Shown: positions 9,608 through 18,736 of the stretch, in pieces
Numbering within the stretch: the stretch's first letter is position 1
Layout: every line of letters starts with the position of its first letter
NCBI GenBank assembly: GCA_018175075.1
Contig: GCA_018175075.1_4100.3
Length of the DNA stretch: 36,131 nucleotides
DNA from: a phage
Direction: 5' to 3' (one strand)
Notes under the pieces: generated by a model
Told to the model about the DNA's origin: nothing
What the model saw: the letters and a program-made list of their open reading frames with translations, nothing else
Database searches by the model: none
Program-made: the position numbers and the translations under genes

Positions 9608-9948
9608 GTCGATTTTCGGTTTATATAGTAAACGTCAGTAAAGATGGTAGTTTAATTGAATTTGATGTAGTTGATAACAATGATAATTCATATGGTATTA
9701 AGGTACAGGACAATGATGTACAGTTCAGTACAAGGACAAATTTTGAGAATCCAGTCCAAGTTCCGAATTTCATAGAAGATGAAGCTGCACGATTCCAATA
9801 CGAAACGGCATATGACAATGTACATATGCATATTATTATGCAAACGAGTTTAGTTCAATTAGTTCCTTTGTTCAGACAAAATATATATGTACATGAAGTG
9901 TCGATTAATGGCATTCAAAGTTCCGTTTTGTTCGGTACAAATATGTAA
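9604..9948 (+). CDS. hypothetical protein, family B (divergent)
   Basis: ATGA overlap; motif AARFQYETAYD. Confidence 0.55.
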   Translation: MSRFSVYIVNVSKDGSLIEFDVVDNNDNSYGIKVQDNDVQFSTRTNFENPVQVPNFIEDEAARFQYETAYDNVHMHIIMQTSLVQLVPLFRQNIYVHEVSINGIQSSVLFGTNM

Positions 9949-9958
9949 GGAAAGTACA

Positions 9959-10510
9959 ATGAGTTCAATGAGTTTATTAGATACATTAGAAAAAGACAGA
10001 AGTGCAATTAAGCGTTTAAAAGAGCAAGTACAAAAGATTGTATACAACGTTGATAAGTTTGAAGTCCCAGGAAGATTTGGTGATATTTCCCATACGGAGA
10101 TCAAATCCCTTAAGTCAGATTTGTTGATTAAAAATAAAAATGGGTTGATTTTAGTTTTGAGTTCAGATATGATGGGGGCAACACATAGTTATAATGCAGT
10201 ATCGGTGCGTTCAGAGTGTGAAGGTATATATCTATCACAGGGTTTCAATAGCGAGACACAGGTTTGTTTTTGTGATGCAGTACATGACCCTATGAAGTTC
10301 ACGAGAAGTGAAGCCCAAGCGTTATTAGAGCTATCAGACGAGAGTTTGTTTCAGTACAGTACAATGTATGACAATGATAAGCTTCGTTGTATGTACGCTG
10401 TAAAGCATTATACACAGGAGTTTTCTGGATTTGCATACCTTTTAGTTAGAACCAATACCAGATATATTGATATGTTAGAAGATTACATCGATAAAGTTGT
10501 TAATGTATGA
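9959..10510 (+). CDS. hypothetical protein, family B
   Basis: AAGGAAAG RBS before ATG 9959 (track extends to 9887); motif ESLFQYSTMYD. Confidence 0.6.
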   Translation: MSSMSLLDTLEKDRSAIKRLKEQVQKIVYNVDKFEVPGRFGDISHTEIKSLKSDLLIKNKNGLILVLSSDMMGATHSYNAVSVRSECEGIYLSQGFNSETQVCFCDAVHDPMKFTRSEAQALLELSDESLFQYSTMYDNDKLRCMYAVKHYTQEFSGFAYLLVRTNTRYIDMLEDYIDKVVNV

Positions 10511-10532
10511 TGTATGATTATGGGATGGGATA

Positions 10533-10709
10533 ATGCTGATGAAAGAGTTATTTGAAGATCAGTTCAATACATATGTGGATAATATTCTTTATTCCAGCCG
10601 TGCTAGTCAACGAGGAAATCGTGCTTACAATATAGATTACCTATTAGTGGTGCTGAGTTCACAGTACACCAATGCGGTACAAAGGGTTTATTATGAAAAG
10701 TGCAAGTAA
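10533..10709 (+). CDS. hypothetical small protein (58 aa)
   Basis: ATG ORF below track size cutoff, found by manual translation; overlaps next ORF. Confidence 0.3.
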   Translation: MLMKELFEDQFNTYVDNILYSSRASQRGNRAYNIDYLLVVLSSQYTNAVQRVYYEKCK

Positions 10710-10902
10710 TAGTGATATTGCAAAGGAGAAGTTCAAGTGCAGTTTAGATTTTGGGTTAAATGATTTTCTGACATGCACAATGTACAGGAATGATGATTAT
10801 GAGCAATCCGTAATTTCGTTGCACAGATATTTCGAAATAATTTACGCAAGATATCTTAGAAGGTTAGAGGGAATAGGGGATTGGAATTATGATTACGTTT
10901 GA
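10693..10902 (+). CDS. hypothetical protein
   Basis: Track ORF 10672-10902; internal ATG 10693 has AAAGGG RBS-like sequence; start uncertain. Confidence 0.45.
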   Translation: MKSASNSDIAKEKFKCSLDFGLNDFLTCTMYRNDDYEQSVISLHRYFEIIYARYLRRLEGIGDWNYDYV

Positions 10903-11113
10903 AGAGCCGGAAGTGGCATATTGCTTTAGTGTGAAAGGTTTTGAATTCATGATGGATTCTATTTTGAAGGATACATATTTGGTTCAGATTGCAGTTCCAG
11001 ATAATACAGATAATGCATTACAGCGAGTATTGAATATATACGAGAGGACGAGTCGAAGGCTTTGTGCAATGAAAAGGATTGAAGAAATCAAGCTTTCTAT
11101 GCTGAATAAATAG
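10889..11113 (+). CDS. hypothetical protein
   Basis: 74-aa ORF; GGGGA upstream of ATG. Confidence 0.5.
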   Translation: MITFEEPEVAYCFSVKGFEFMMDSILKDTYLVQIAVPDNTDNALQRVLNIYERTSRRLCAMKRIEEIKLSMLNK

Positions 11114-11138
11114 AGACGTTTCATTTTGACAGGCCGCT

Positions 11139-11147
11139 GGGGGGGGG
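11139..11147. repeat. G9 homopolymer tract
   Basis: Nine consecutive G in intergenic region, directly after a TTGACA hexamer (11126-11131) and before an A7 run. Confidence 0.9.
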
Positions 11148-11312
11148 TCAAAAAAATTTCCGCTGAAAAACATGCTAAGGTATATGTTTAATATAAAGTT
11201 TTATATTGTGTTTTTCAGAGTACAGTTCATGTTTCTTGAAACAAAAAATACCCCGCCGCCGAACGTTCTCCTTATATTGGAGTTTACCTTATTAATTATA
11301 GTAGAGATTAAG

Positions 11313-11690
11313 ATGGAAATAAAATATAATGAATTTTGTGCAAGGACATGGATGTACACTGGTGAGTTAGTTACGCACTCTAACTTATACAAGGGTGATT
11401 TAAACTACGCTAGGGACAAGATTTTAAAGTACTGGAATGCTGACTTTTATTTGATGGATTTTAGTACTGGGTTTAGGGGTAAAGCAACCGAGATGTTGGA
11501 CTATACAGTACTTGATGATGCTGCACTGTTTCAGGCGGCATTAGTATTTGATAAGAAGTACATCTGTACATTAGAAGAGATGATTGAATTACAGCGTAGA
11601 ATTAAATGTATTCACAGAGAATGTATAGACATCTGGTGCAGTACTGGTGAAGATGATTTTTGTAATCATTTCAATCTAGGGGAAGAGTGA
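11313..11690 (+). CDS. hypothetical protein, family B (KGD subfamily)
   Basis: Motif DAALFQAALVFDKKY; start set at ATG 11313 by length match to paralogs at 12219 and 12572 (track extends to 11172). Confidence 0.6.
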   Translation: MEIKYNEFCARTWMYTGELVTHSNLYKGDLNYARDKILKYWNADFYLMDFSTGFRGKATEMLDYTVLDDAALFQAALVFDKKYICTLEEMIELQRRIKCIHRECIDIWCSTGEDDFCNHFNLGEE

Positions 11691-11775
11691 TGGAATTTGA
11701 TTTTTTAATATCAGTACATTCTTTTAAGCACAGTTATCAGTACTTTTGTAATTTAAACAAAGGTGATTTGATTAT
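11686..11775. repeat. direct repeat, copy 1 (~85 bp)
   Basis: Near-identical to 12215-12304 (about 3 mismatches); includes TGATG junction and 5' end of a family B gene. Confidence 0.8.
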
Positions 11776-11851
11776 GGATACAGATACAGAGGCTGTATAC
11801 AGTTCTAATATTCTGTACAAATTCAGTACTAATCTGAAGGAGATTTTATGA
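11690..11851 (+). pseudogene. truncated paralog fragment (53-aa ORF)
   Basis: First ~28 codons near-identical to N-terminus of gene 12219-12575, then diverges and stops; TGATG coupling at both ends. Confidence 0.4.
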
Positions 11852-12219
11852 AAAAAGAAATTAGAATTCAATTCGGTATGAGGAAAAAAGAGGTCATCTG
11901 TACACTGAATCATGCGGTCGTGGAAAGCCTTGGTGGTGCATTACAAAAATTCTCCCATTTTGTTCTTGTACTATATGAAAATGGGTCTTTTAAAATCTTC
12001 ACATATGATGATTCAAAAAATTACCGTAATGATTTTGTAAATCTGACAGTACTGTCAGAAGAGGAATTCTTTCAGGAAAGTACTGTCTGGAATTTACCAG
12101 GAGCACCAATTGAATACGTCCGTGCTACACAGGCAGAAATGATCAAAGTAATGCAGAACTATCCAGAAGATTATATGACTAAGTTTCCTGAATCTATTTA
12201 TGTAGAGGTTGAGTACTGA
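11848..12219 (+). CDS. hypothetical protein, family B
   Basis: AAGGAG RBS; motif EEEFFQESTVWN; C-terminus VEY like 2468-2812. Confidence 0.7.
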   Translation: MKKEIRIQFGMRKKEVICTLNHAVVESLGGALQKFSHFVLVLYENGSFKIFTYDDSKNYRNDFVNLTVLSEEEFFQESTVWNLPGAPIEYVRATQAEMIKVMQNYPEDYMTKFPESIYVEVEY

Positions 12220-12304
12220 TGGAATTTGATTTTTTAATATCAGTACATACTTTCAAGCACAGTTATCAGTACTTTTGTAATTTAAACAAAGGTGATTTAA
12301 TGCA
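12215..12304. repeat. direct repeat, copy 2 (~85 bp)
   Basis: Partner of 11686-11775. Confidence 0.8.
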
Positions 12305-12575
12305 CAGTGCAAATGAGTATATTCATTACACTCAGGGTAAATTTACATTCATTGATTACAGTTCATTACAGTATCCACACCAAGATATGCCGGACTATAC
12401 ATTAATGGATACCGCAGAACTATTCCAAGAATCATTAGTATTTGATAAGAAGTACTTGTGTACATTTGAAGAAGTTATTGCAATACAAAATGAAATGAAA
12501 GAGTATGCTGCTTTGCATAAACCCAATGCAAGTATTAATCAAGAATACAAATTCAATTTAGGAATTCAAGAATGA
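12219..12575 (+). CDS. hypothetical protein, family B (KGD subfamily)
   Basis: Motif TAELFQESLVFDKKY. Confidence 0.65.
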   Translation: MEFDFLISVHTFKHSYQYFCNLNKGDLMHSANEYIHYTQGKFTFIDYSSLQYPHQDMPDYTLMDTAELFQESLVFDKKYLCTFEEVIAIQNEMKEYAALHKPNASINQEYKFNLGIQE

Positions 12576-12931
12576 CATATGATTATTCTATGTACTATTA
12601 TAAGTTACCTAAAGGATGGGACTTGTGCTGTAATCTTATTAAGGGCGACTCGGAACATGAGTTGAGTTTATATATGCATTACAAAGATTCTTGTTTTAAA
12701 TTTATTCATGTATCACATGACGACTATGACTATGAATCTGAGAGTCTTATAGATTATACAGTACTGGACGATGGTGAACTATTTCAGGCTGCATTAGTGT
12801 TTGATAAGAATAAGTACTCCTGTACATTTGAAGAAATGGTTTCTTTGCAAAATGAAATGAAGAGATTTGAAAAAGAAAACGTATTTAATCCATCCCCATC
12901 AAGAACGAATAATTATTATTTCAATATATGA
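12572..12931 (+). CDS. hypothetical protein, family B (KGD subfamily)
   Basis: ATGA overlap; motif DGELFQAALVFDKNKY. Confidence 0.65.
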   Translation: MTYDYSMYYYKLPKGWDLCCNLIKGDSEHELSLYMHYKDSCFKFIHVSHDDYDYESESLIDYTVLDDGELFQAALVFDKNKYSCTFEEMVSLQNEMKRFEKENVFNPSPSRTNNYYFNI

Positions 12932-12940
12932 GATTATAAA

Positions 12941-13432
12941 ATGACATTACAGAGTTCATTGGAAAAAGCAAAGAAGATTCATGAGTACATGAATATGGCA
13001 AAAGAAGGTTCAGTTTACGGTGTTTTCAAAGACACAAGTACTCAATATTATGTACCGGATAACCTCCTTTATAATGACTGCTCAGATACAGAAACGTGCG
13101 TACTGGATACAGAAACGTGCATACTAGATACCGACCCTAATGATTATGAATGCTTCATTAATATGCATAATGAGTACATGGTCTATATTAATGATACAGA
13201 TACCATCAACAGTACTGACAGCGATTCCAATGACATTATAATTCCGAGTGAAGTACTGGAAGGTCCGTGGGATAGTGAAGAGTATTACTTCCAACAAAGT
13301 ACTGTATATGATAATGAAGTACTTGATGTTATTATAATTATGTGGTACTTTAAAAGTATTGGTTCTGGGAACTTCTATTTCGATTACAAATACGTAAAGA
13401 AAACTGTAGATAACGGTATTAACAGGGGTTGA
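12941..13432 (+). CDS. hypothetical protein, family B (MSL subfamily)
   Basis: N-term MTLQSSLEKAKKIHEY; motif GPWDSEEYYFQQSTVYD; contains in-frame 21-bp tandem repeat. Confidence 0.65.
   Translation: MTLQSSLEKAKKIHEYMNMAKEGSVYGVFKDTSTQYYVPDNLLYNDCSDTETCVLDTETCILDTDPNDYECFINMHNEYMVYINDTDTINSTDSDSNDIIIPSEVLEGPWDSEEYYFQQSTVYDNEVLDVIIIMWYFKSIGSGNFYFDYKYVKKTVDNGINRG
13085..13131. repeat. in-frame 21-bp tandem repeat (2 copies plus partial)
   Basis: gatacagaaacgtgcgtactg / gatacagaaacgtgcatacta / gatac; encodes DTETCVL-DTETCIL-DT. Confidence 0.8.
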
Positions 13433-13433
13433 A

Positions 13434-13904
13434 ATGAGTTTAGAAAGAGCATTAGAGATTGCGAAGTTAATTGATTTATGCAGCAAAGAAATTGTAGCAA
13501 ATTGTCTTAATGGATATCTATTCAAGGAAGGTAAATCATATTGTCGAATGAGATACGATGACAGTAGTGAGTACATTCACATGTATGAAGAAAACTTAGA
13601 TTCTTCTGAAACAACACTCAATGGGTGTGATGTTAATTTGGAAGATAATTACATGTACTTCTGTCGTGATGCTGATATTTTAATACAAGATTCTGACATT
13701 ATATCTGGTGCAGCAGAGAAACATCTTCCGTATTCAGTACTGGATAATGACTGGGGAAGTGAAGAGTACTACTTCCAGCAGAATACTATCTACGAGGAAG
13801 ATGTACTTGACAAGCTTGTCATTCTGTGGTACTTTAATAATACAGATTGTCCTAGCTTCTATTTGGACTTGGATCTACTACGAGTTATTAAAGAGGATAT
13901 ATGA
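13434..13904 (+). CDS. hypothetical protein, family B (MSL subfamily)
   Basis: N-term MSLERALEIAK; motif DWGSEEYYFQQNTIYE. Confidence 0.65.
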   Translation: MSLERALEIAKLIDLCSKEIVANCLNGYLFKEGKSYCRMRYDDSSEYIHMYEENLDSSETTLNGCDVNLEDNYMYFCRDADILIQDSDIISGAAEKHLPYSVLDNDWGSEEYYFQQNTIYEEDVLDKLVILWYFNNTDCPSFYLDLDLLRVIKEDI

Positions 13905-14344
13905 GTTTAGCAAGTGCACTTGAACTAGCACACAGAATACATCACTTCCACGATAACATAAAAAGTGGTTTCTATGGTGATAAAGTAAGTGCATTTGGTA
14001 ATGAGTATTATCTATCAGGTATAAAGACATACTCTGATGATATTTTACTTATGGGTCATGATAAAGACAATACTATACAGTACTCTTCATGTAGTCAATA
14101 TACTAATTTTTTTGTATATATTCCAGGTACTAAGATTACTTTTGACACAACAAATACACCTGTTGACTTCGGGGTACTTGATGGCCCGTGGGGTACTGAA
14201 GAGTATTACTTCCAACAGAGTCTCATTTTTAACCAAGAAATTCTTGATTCCTTGGTTGTGTTGTGGTACTTTAAGGAATTGAATTTTGAACCATTCTTTC
14301 TTGACTGGGGAGCATGTGAATATTTAAGTACAGGGGATTTGTAA
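13901..14344 (+). CDS. hypothetical protein, family B (MSL subfamily)
   Basis: N-term MSLASALELAH; motif GPWGTEEYYFQQSLIFN. Confidence 0.65.
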   Translation: MSLASALELAHRIHHFHDNIKSGFYGDKVSAFGNEYYLSGIKTYSDDILLMGHDKDNTIQYSSCSQYTNFFVYIPGTKITFDTTNTPVDFGVLDGPWGTEEYYFQQSLIFNQEILDSLVVLWYFKELNFEPFFLDWGACEYLSTGDL

Positions 14345-14832
14345 TGTCATTACAAAGTGCATTGAAAGAAGCAAAGAAGATTCATGAGTACATGATTATG
14401 GTACAGGAAGGTTCAGTACCAGGTGTATATAAAACATCTGATACTGAATTTTTTGTAAAAGACCGTGACGATTATGACGAGTCCGAGATATGTGCAGAAA
14501 CATTAGTACTGCACACTGATACTGGTGACAGTGATAACTGTGAATATCATATGTACAATCAGTACATTAGTTATTGCCGTAATGAAGATATTACCATCTA
14601 CAACACAGATAGTGATGCTGATGACACTATCATTCCTTATTCAGTACTGGAAGGTCCGTGGGATAGTGAAGAGTATTACTTCCAGAATACTACGTTGTAC
14701 AATGAAGAAGAATTAGATGTTATTGTAATTATGTGGTATTTCAAAAGTATTGACTCCAGTAGTTTCTATTTTGATTATGAATATGTAGAGAATACTGTAG
14801 GAGAAGGTAATGTCATTACAAAGTGCTCTTGA
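14344..14832 (+). CDS. hypothetical protein, family B (MSL subfamily)
   Basis: N-term MSLQSALKEAKKIHEY; motif GPWDSEEYYFQNTTLYN. Confidence 0.65.
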   Translation: MSLQSALKEAKKIHEYMIMVQEGSVPGVYKTSDTEFFVKDRDDYDESEICAETLVLHTDTGDSDNCEYHMYNQYISYCRNEDITIYNTDSDADDTIIPYSVLEGPWDSEEYYFQNTTLYNEEELDVIVIMWYFKSIDSSSFYFDYEYVENTVGEGNVITKCS

Positions 14833-15262
14833 AAAAGCAAAAGAACTACATGGATACTTTGACGATATAAAGGCAGGAAAGTTCAAAGAAGTGTACAAAG
14901 CCGAGAACGGCAACTACTACAAAGATGAAATGTATAATAACTCCGTGGGTGTAAGGGTTATTCTTGGGTTGAATTCCAATAGTCCTATATCGTTTTCTGA
15001 ATACAATAGAGATGCAGAATTTATTAGTTATGTTGAAAATGGTAGCATTCGTTTTATTAATCGCAAAAAACCATTAATTTTGAATTATGAAGTACTGGAT
15101 GGTCCGTGGGATAGTGAAGAGTATTACTTCCAAAACAGTACTGTTTACGATGATGAAGTACTTGAAGCATTAGTTATTATGTGGTACTTAAAGAGTGTTA
15201 ACTGTCCTCGATTTTATTTGGATTTCGAAGAACTTCGTAAAGATCCAGAAGGTATAGAATGA
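14810..15262 (+). CDS. hypothetical protein, family B (MSL subfamily)
   Basis: N-term MSLQSALEKAK; motif GPWDSEEYYFQNSTVYD; GGAGAAGG RBS. Confidence 0.65.
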   Translation: MSLQSALEKAKELHGYFDDIKAGKFKEVYKAENGNYYKDEMYNNSVGVRVILGLNSNSPISFSEYNRDAEFISYVENGSIRFINRKKPLILNYEVLDGPWDSEEYYFQNSTVYDDEVLEALVIMWYLKSVNCPRFYLDFEELRKDPEGIE

Positions 15263-15573
15263 AAAACTTATTCAGTGTTCAGTACGTCCCTGGTGAAATT
15301 AGTTTATTGTATCTGTTTGATCATGATAATTCATTATTACTAGTAGTAAAGAAATGCCAAGCTAGTTCGTTTGTTGAATACATTCACGATAGTGAATATA
15401 TACCTGATTTTTTAGAGTGTGATTATTACGATGAACATGAATCATTTATTTTCCAGGAATCGCTCGTATGGGATAAATCGATCAACTTCTTTACGTTAAT
15501 TGAATTACAAAAGCAGGTGAAGTATCATTGGAATTACTTAATCACACAGGATTACATTGAGATAGAAATATAA
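15259..15573 (+). CDS. hypothetical protein, family B
   Basis: Motif ESFIFQESLVWD. Confidence 0.6.
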   Translation: MKNLFSVQYVPGEISLLYLFDHDNSLLLVVKKCQASSFVEYIHDSEYIPDFLECDYYDEHESFIFQESLVWDKSINFFTLIELQKQVKYHWNYLITQDYIEIEI

Positions 15574-15881
15574 TGACTAAAAATGAATTTGATTCACTTT
15601 GTACGGTTTATAATTCATTGACAGAAATACCTGACTTTATTAATTACATTTCAGCTTTAAATCAAATTATGCATAGTTTTGAACAATCGTTTGAAGAGAA
15701 ATATGCTGGTAGAAAAGTTCTATGTCATATGTCAATGTACTTAGGAGATGGTGAGCCTTACACTACAAGTACTACATGTGAAATAAAAAAATATAATATA
15801 TTATTGGGGACAATAGAATTCACAGTATCCAATGGTGGTAGTTATATGTACTTTAGAGATGGAGTGGTTGAATTATTATGA
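15573..15881 (+). CDS. hypothetical protein
   Basis: 102-aa ORF without family motif. Confidence 0.5.
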   Translation: MTKNEFDSLCTVYNSLTEIPDFINYISALNQIMHSFEQSFEEKYAGRKVLCHMSMYLGDGEPYTTSTTCEIKKYNILLGTIEFTVSNGGSYMYFRDGVVELL

Positions 15882-16327
15882 GTTACGAAAGTGCAATCAA
15901 GAAAGCAAATGATATTCTACGCGTCGTTAAATTCTTCAAAGAAAATCCTGAATACTTAGCTGATGAAAACCATGATCACGATGAGAGATTGAGACGAAAA
16001 ATTGTCGCTTTATTTGACACTAATGCGGATAATTATAGTCTAATTGAGTTAGCATACGATTATATTTCATTGAACCGAAACGGCAATATAGTTAATATAG
16101 AAAGACATGCAACTGAAGAATCTTTTAAAATTTCAGATATTTTATCCCTGAGTACTGAAGAAGGGTACTTCCAGGGTAGTACTGTTTATGAACAAGGAAC
16201 ACTTGACAATCTATGCACATTCAGTGTAATATATCAGAAATCTGTACTAGATGTATTTTATCTTGACACTGCTGAACTGGATACACTAACCAATTTTGTT
16301 ACTACTGAAGAGGCTACATTCGAGTGA
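15878..16327 (+). CDS. hypothetical protein, family B
   Basis: Motif EEGYFQGSTVYE. Confidence 0.65.
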   Translation: MSYESAIKKANDILRVVKFFKENPEYLADENHDHDERLRRKIVALFDTNADNYSLIELAYDYISLNRNGNIVNIERHATEESFKISDILSLSTEEGYFQGSTVYEQGTLDNLCTFSVIYQKSVLDVFYLDTAELDTLTNFVTTEEATFE

Positions 16328-16860
16328 TGAAAGTTAACATCAATGACTTTGATGCATTACAAGATTTATCAAAAAAGATTCGCACCATTGTACCAGTACT
16401 CAAAAAATGCAGTACTGGTTTAATCGATCCTAGTACTGTTGTTAATGAGAAGTACAATTTTCATTATGTATTACAGGGTACTGGGGCATTCCAGAAGTGT
16501 GAGGTGCGTGAGACACACGTAATTGATACATCATTGTTTTCTATTGGTGCACCTGTGTCGAATAATACTATTTTCCTAGACAACGCTGGAAATATTCAAC
16601 AATTAACATTTAAGAAAAGGAAAAAGAACAATAACATTGGTGTGTATGCGATGAAGTGGGGTCAACCTGATTTGAAGCGTGAAATTCACATCCCTAAGTA
16701 CAATTACAATGCATTTGACGAACAGTGTTTTCAACTATCGTGTACTGACCCTGACTATGCTATCATTCAGTTCTATATGGAATTGCAGATTGCATTTAAC
16801 AGTAATTTGTATATTAACTTATTGGCGATGAACATCGATGAAGTATTCAAAAACATTTAA
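16327..16860 (+). CDS. hypothetical protein, family B (divergent)
   Basis: Motif DEQCFQLSCTDP; ATG 16327 overlaps upstream TGA (track begins GTG 16324). Confidence 0.55.
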   Translation: MKVNINDFDALQDLSKKIRTIVPVLKKCSTGLIDPSTVVNEKYNFHYVLQGTGAFQKCEVRETHVIDTSLFSIGAPVSNNTIFLDNAGNIQQLTFKKRKKNNNIGVYAMKWGQPDLKREIHIPKYNYNAFDEQCFQLSCTDPDYAIIQFYMELQIAFNSNLYINLLAMNIDEVFKNI

Positions 16861-17056
16861 TCGAATTGAATACATGAGAACTGTGAGTGCAGTGTGGGAC
16901 ATATGGTTCACTACTAAACCAAAAATGGATTACCATGACTTTAAGCTCTTGTTCTTCGTTGGCTCTAACAAACAGGATGTTGCAATGAAGGGTTATATTC
17001 AGCACTTACAGGAACTAATCCAGAAGAGAATATATGAAAATAATAGACCAAAATGA
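16838..17056 (+). CDS. hypothetical small protein, family A
   Basis: Motif FVGSNKQDVAMKGYI; alternative start ATG 16874. Confidence 0.55.
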   Translation: MKYSKTFNRIEYMRTVSAVWDIWFTTKPKMDYHDFKLLFFVGSNKQDVAMKGYIQHLQELIQKRIYENNRPK

Positions 17057-17225
17057 TATTGCTAAACTATTCAATATATATTCTACTAGAATGATGCAAA
17101 CAGACTCATATAGTACTGAATTCAAAGAGTTGAAAGTCCTGATGTACTTGGGAACCCAATATCAGGAACAAGTTATTTTGGAATATATTAATTCGCTGAA
17201 GAAGGATATCCGTTATGTACGATGA
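17034..17225 (+). CDS. hypothetical small protein, family A
   Basis: Motif YLGTQYQEQVILEYI. Confidence 0.6.
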   Translation: MKIIDQNDIAKLFNIYSTRMMQTDSYSTEFKELKVLMYLGTQYQEQVILEYINSLKKDIRYVR

Positions 17226-17775
17226 TTTAGATCTTGCGTTTGAACGTATGGTAATTTTAATGCAATGTGCAGAAATGCATGAAACAATCCGTCGCACCAA
17301 AGGGATTGAATATACAAGTAAACTATTCTCATACGAAAGTCGTCGAGGGATGGATCATTTTTACTGCACTGATTGTTCAAAGTTTTCAGTACTGAAATAT
17401 TATCATCCTACTGTTTCCAATAATAGTTTAATATCCACATATGACGGTGATCTGTTTAGTGTAATGTATGACACATTACATCCATCAATTTCAATCTATA
17501 AAGATTGCGATAGTAGTTTATCGTATATAATTGAAGATTACTTATCTCCTAATACTGAAGAGAATATTTTTCAGAACAGTGTGTTGCATGATGAATTAAG
17601 TATAAAATGCATCTATATGTTCAATAAGTTAAAAGAGTACGCCGATAATAATTACTTAATTGATAAGTTAGCAGTATTGTCTGTTTCCGTTTTTAATACA
17701 AATGACATTGATATGAAATACTATAATGAGATTTGTAAAGTACATCATATGTATAAGGAATTACTATGTTATTAA
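17215..17775 (+). CDS. hypothetical protein, family B
   Basis: Motif EENIFQNSVLHD. Confidence 0.6.
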   Translation: MYDDLDLAFERMVILMQCAEMHETIRRTKGIEYTSKLFSYESRRGMDHFYCTDCSKFSVLKYYHPTVSNNSLISTYDGDLFSVMYDTLHPSISIYKDCDSSLSYIIEDYLSPNTEENIFQNSVLHDELSIKCIYMFNKLKEYADNNYLIDKLAVLSVSVFNTNDIDMKYYNEICKVHHMYKELLCY

Positions 17776-18368
17776 ATGCAAATAAATGTTGTAGTGCAGA
17801 TGTGCATTTGTTTTTTAAGAAATTAGTAAATGATATTATCTATATGCAAGAAATCATTTATCACAAAAGAATGGACTTAGAAAAAGCATTAGTTCAGTTC
17901 TCTTTTATGCTGGATGGGATTATTACTCTAGATGGTGATGGATTGCGTATAGCATTTGACGGTAATTCAAATAGGGTTTTCTATTGGATGAATAATAAAT
18001 TATGTTCCTCAATTTGCCGCACTTTTTATAACCCTATTTCGGACTTATATCAATTGGTGTATTCTAAAGGTGCAGTAGAAGCATCATATGGTGATGGTTA
18101 TGCCCTAGGAAAGAGTATTCCATTTATGAAATCATTTAAAATAGAACACATCAGTACTGATGAAGATGCAATGTTCACAAATGATATAACTATGGGACGT
18201 GAAGATGCAATGCGATATATTACAAATTCTATGCATACATTCTTTCAACGAACAGAATTTGATAATGTATATATATCAAATGTAAATATTTTCAATGACC
18301 TGTGTCAGTACTTGAGAAGTGTTTGTGATTTTGATGAAAGCTATTGTAAGCTTTATACTGAGGTATAA
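17766..18368 (+). CDS. hypothetical protein (family B-like, degenerate)
   Basis: AAGGAA RBS; weak motif EDAMFTNDIT. Confidence 0.55.
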   Translation: MLLNANKCCSADVHLFFKKLVNDIIYMQEIIYHKRMDLEKALVQFSFMLDGIITLDGDGLRIAFDGNSNRVFYWMNNKLCSSICRTFYNPISDLYQLVYSKGAVEASYGDGYALGKSIPFMKSFKIEHISTDEDAMFTNDITMGREDAMRYITNSMHTFFQRTEFDNVYISNVNIFNDLCQYLRSVCDFDESYCKLYTEV

Positions 18369-18373
18369 AACAA

Positions 18374-18736
18374 ATGAACACATTAAGTATTACATACTAT
18401 ACAACTAAAAAATTAGTTACTTGTTTAATATCATTGAAGACAAACCATGATGATATGTTTGATATGGCTGCATATGAATTAGAATTATCAGAAGATGGCT
18501 TCAAGAGCTATGAAGTATATAGCTATGTTCGTGAAGATGTAATTGACACTACACTAATGCAAGAGGATGAGTTATTCCAAGAAAGTTTAGTATGGGATAA
18601 TAAGTACGATTGTAACTTTGATTTCTTATGTTTAATCCAGAAAGAAATGAAAAGAATCTTTGATAATTATCCAGTGAAGAGATTGAGTACTGGACCGGAG
18701 CAGTACAGGAGAATTTTATTCCGTTATGAAGACTGA
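18374..18736 (+). CDS. hypothetical protein, family B
   Basis: Motif EDELFQESLVWDNKYD (KGD-subfamily-like C-terminus). Confidence 0.65.
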   Translation: MNTLSITYYTTKKLVTCLISLKTNHDDMFDMAAYELELSEDGFKSYEVYSYVREDVIDTTLMQEDELFQESLVWDNKYDCNFDFLCLIQKEMKRIFDNYPVKRLSTGPEQYRRILFRYED

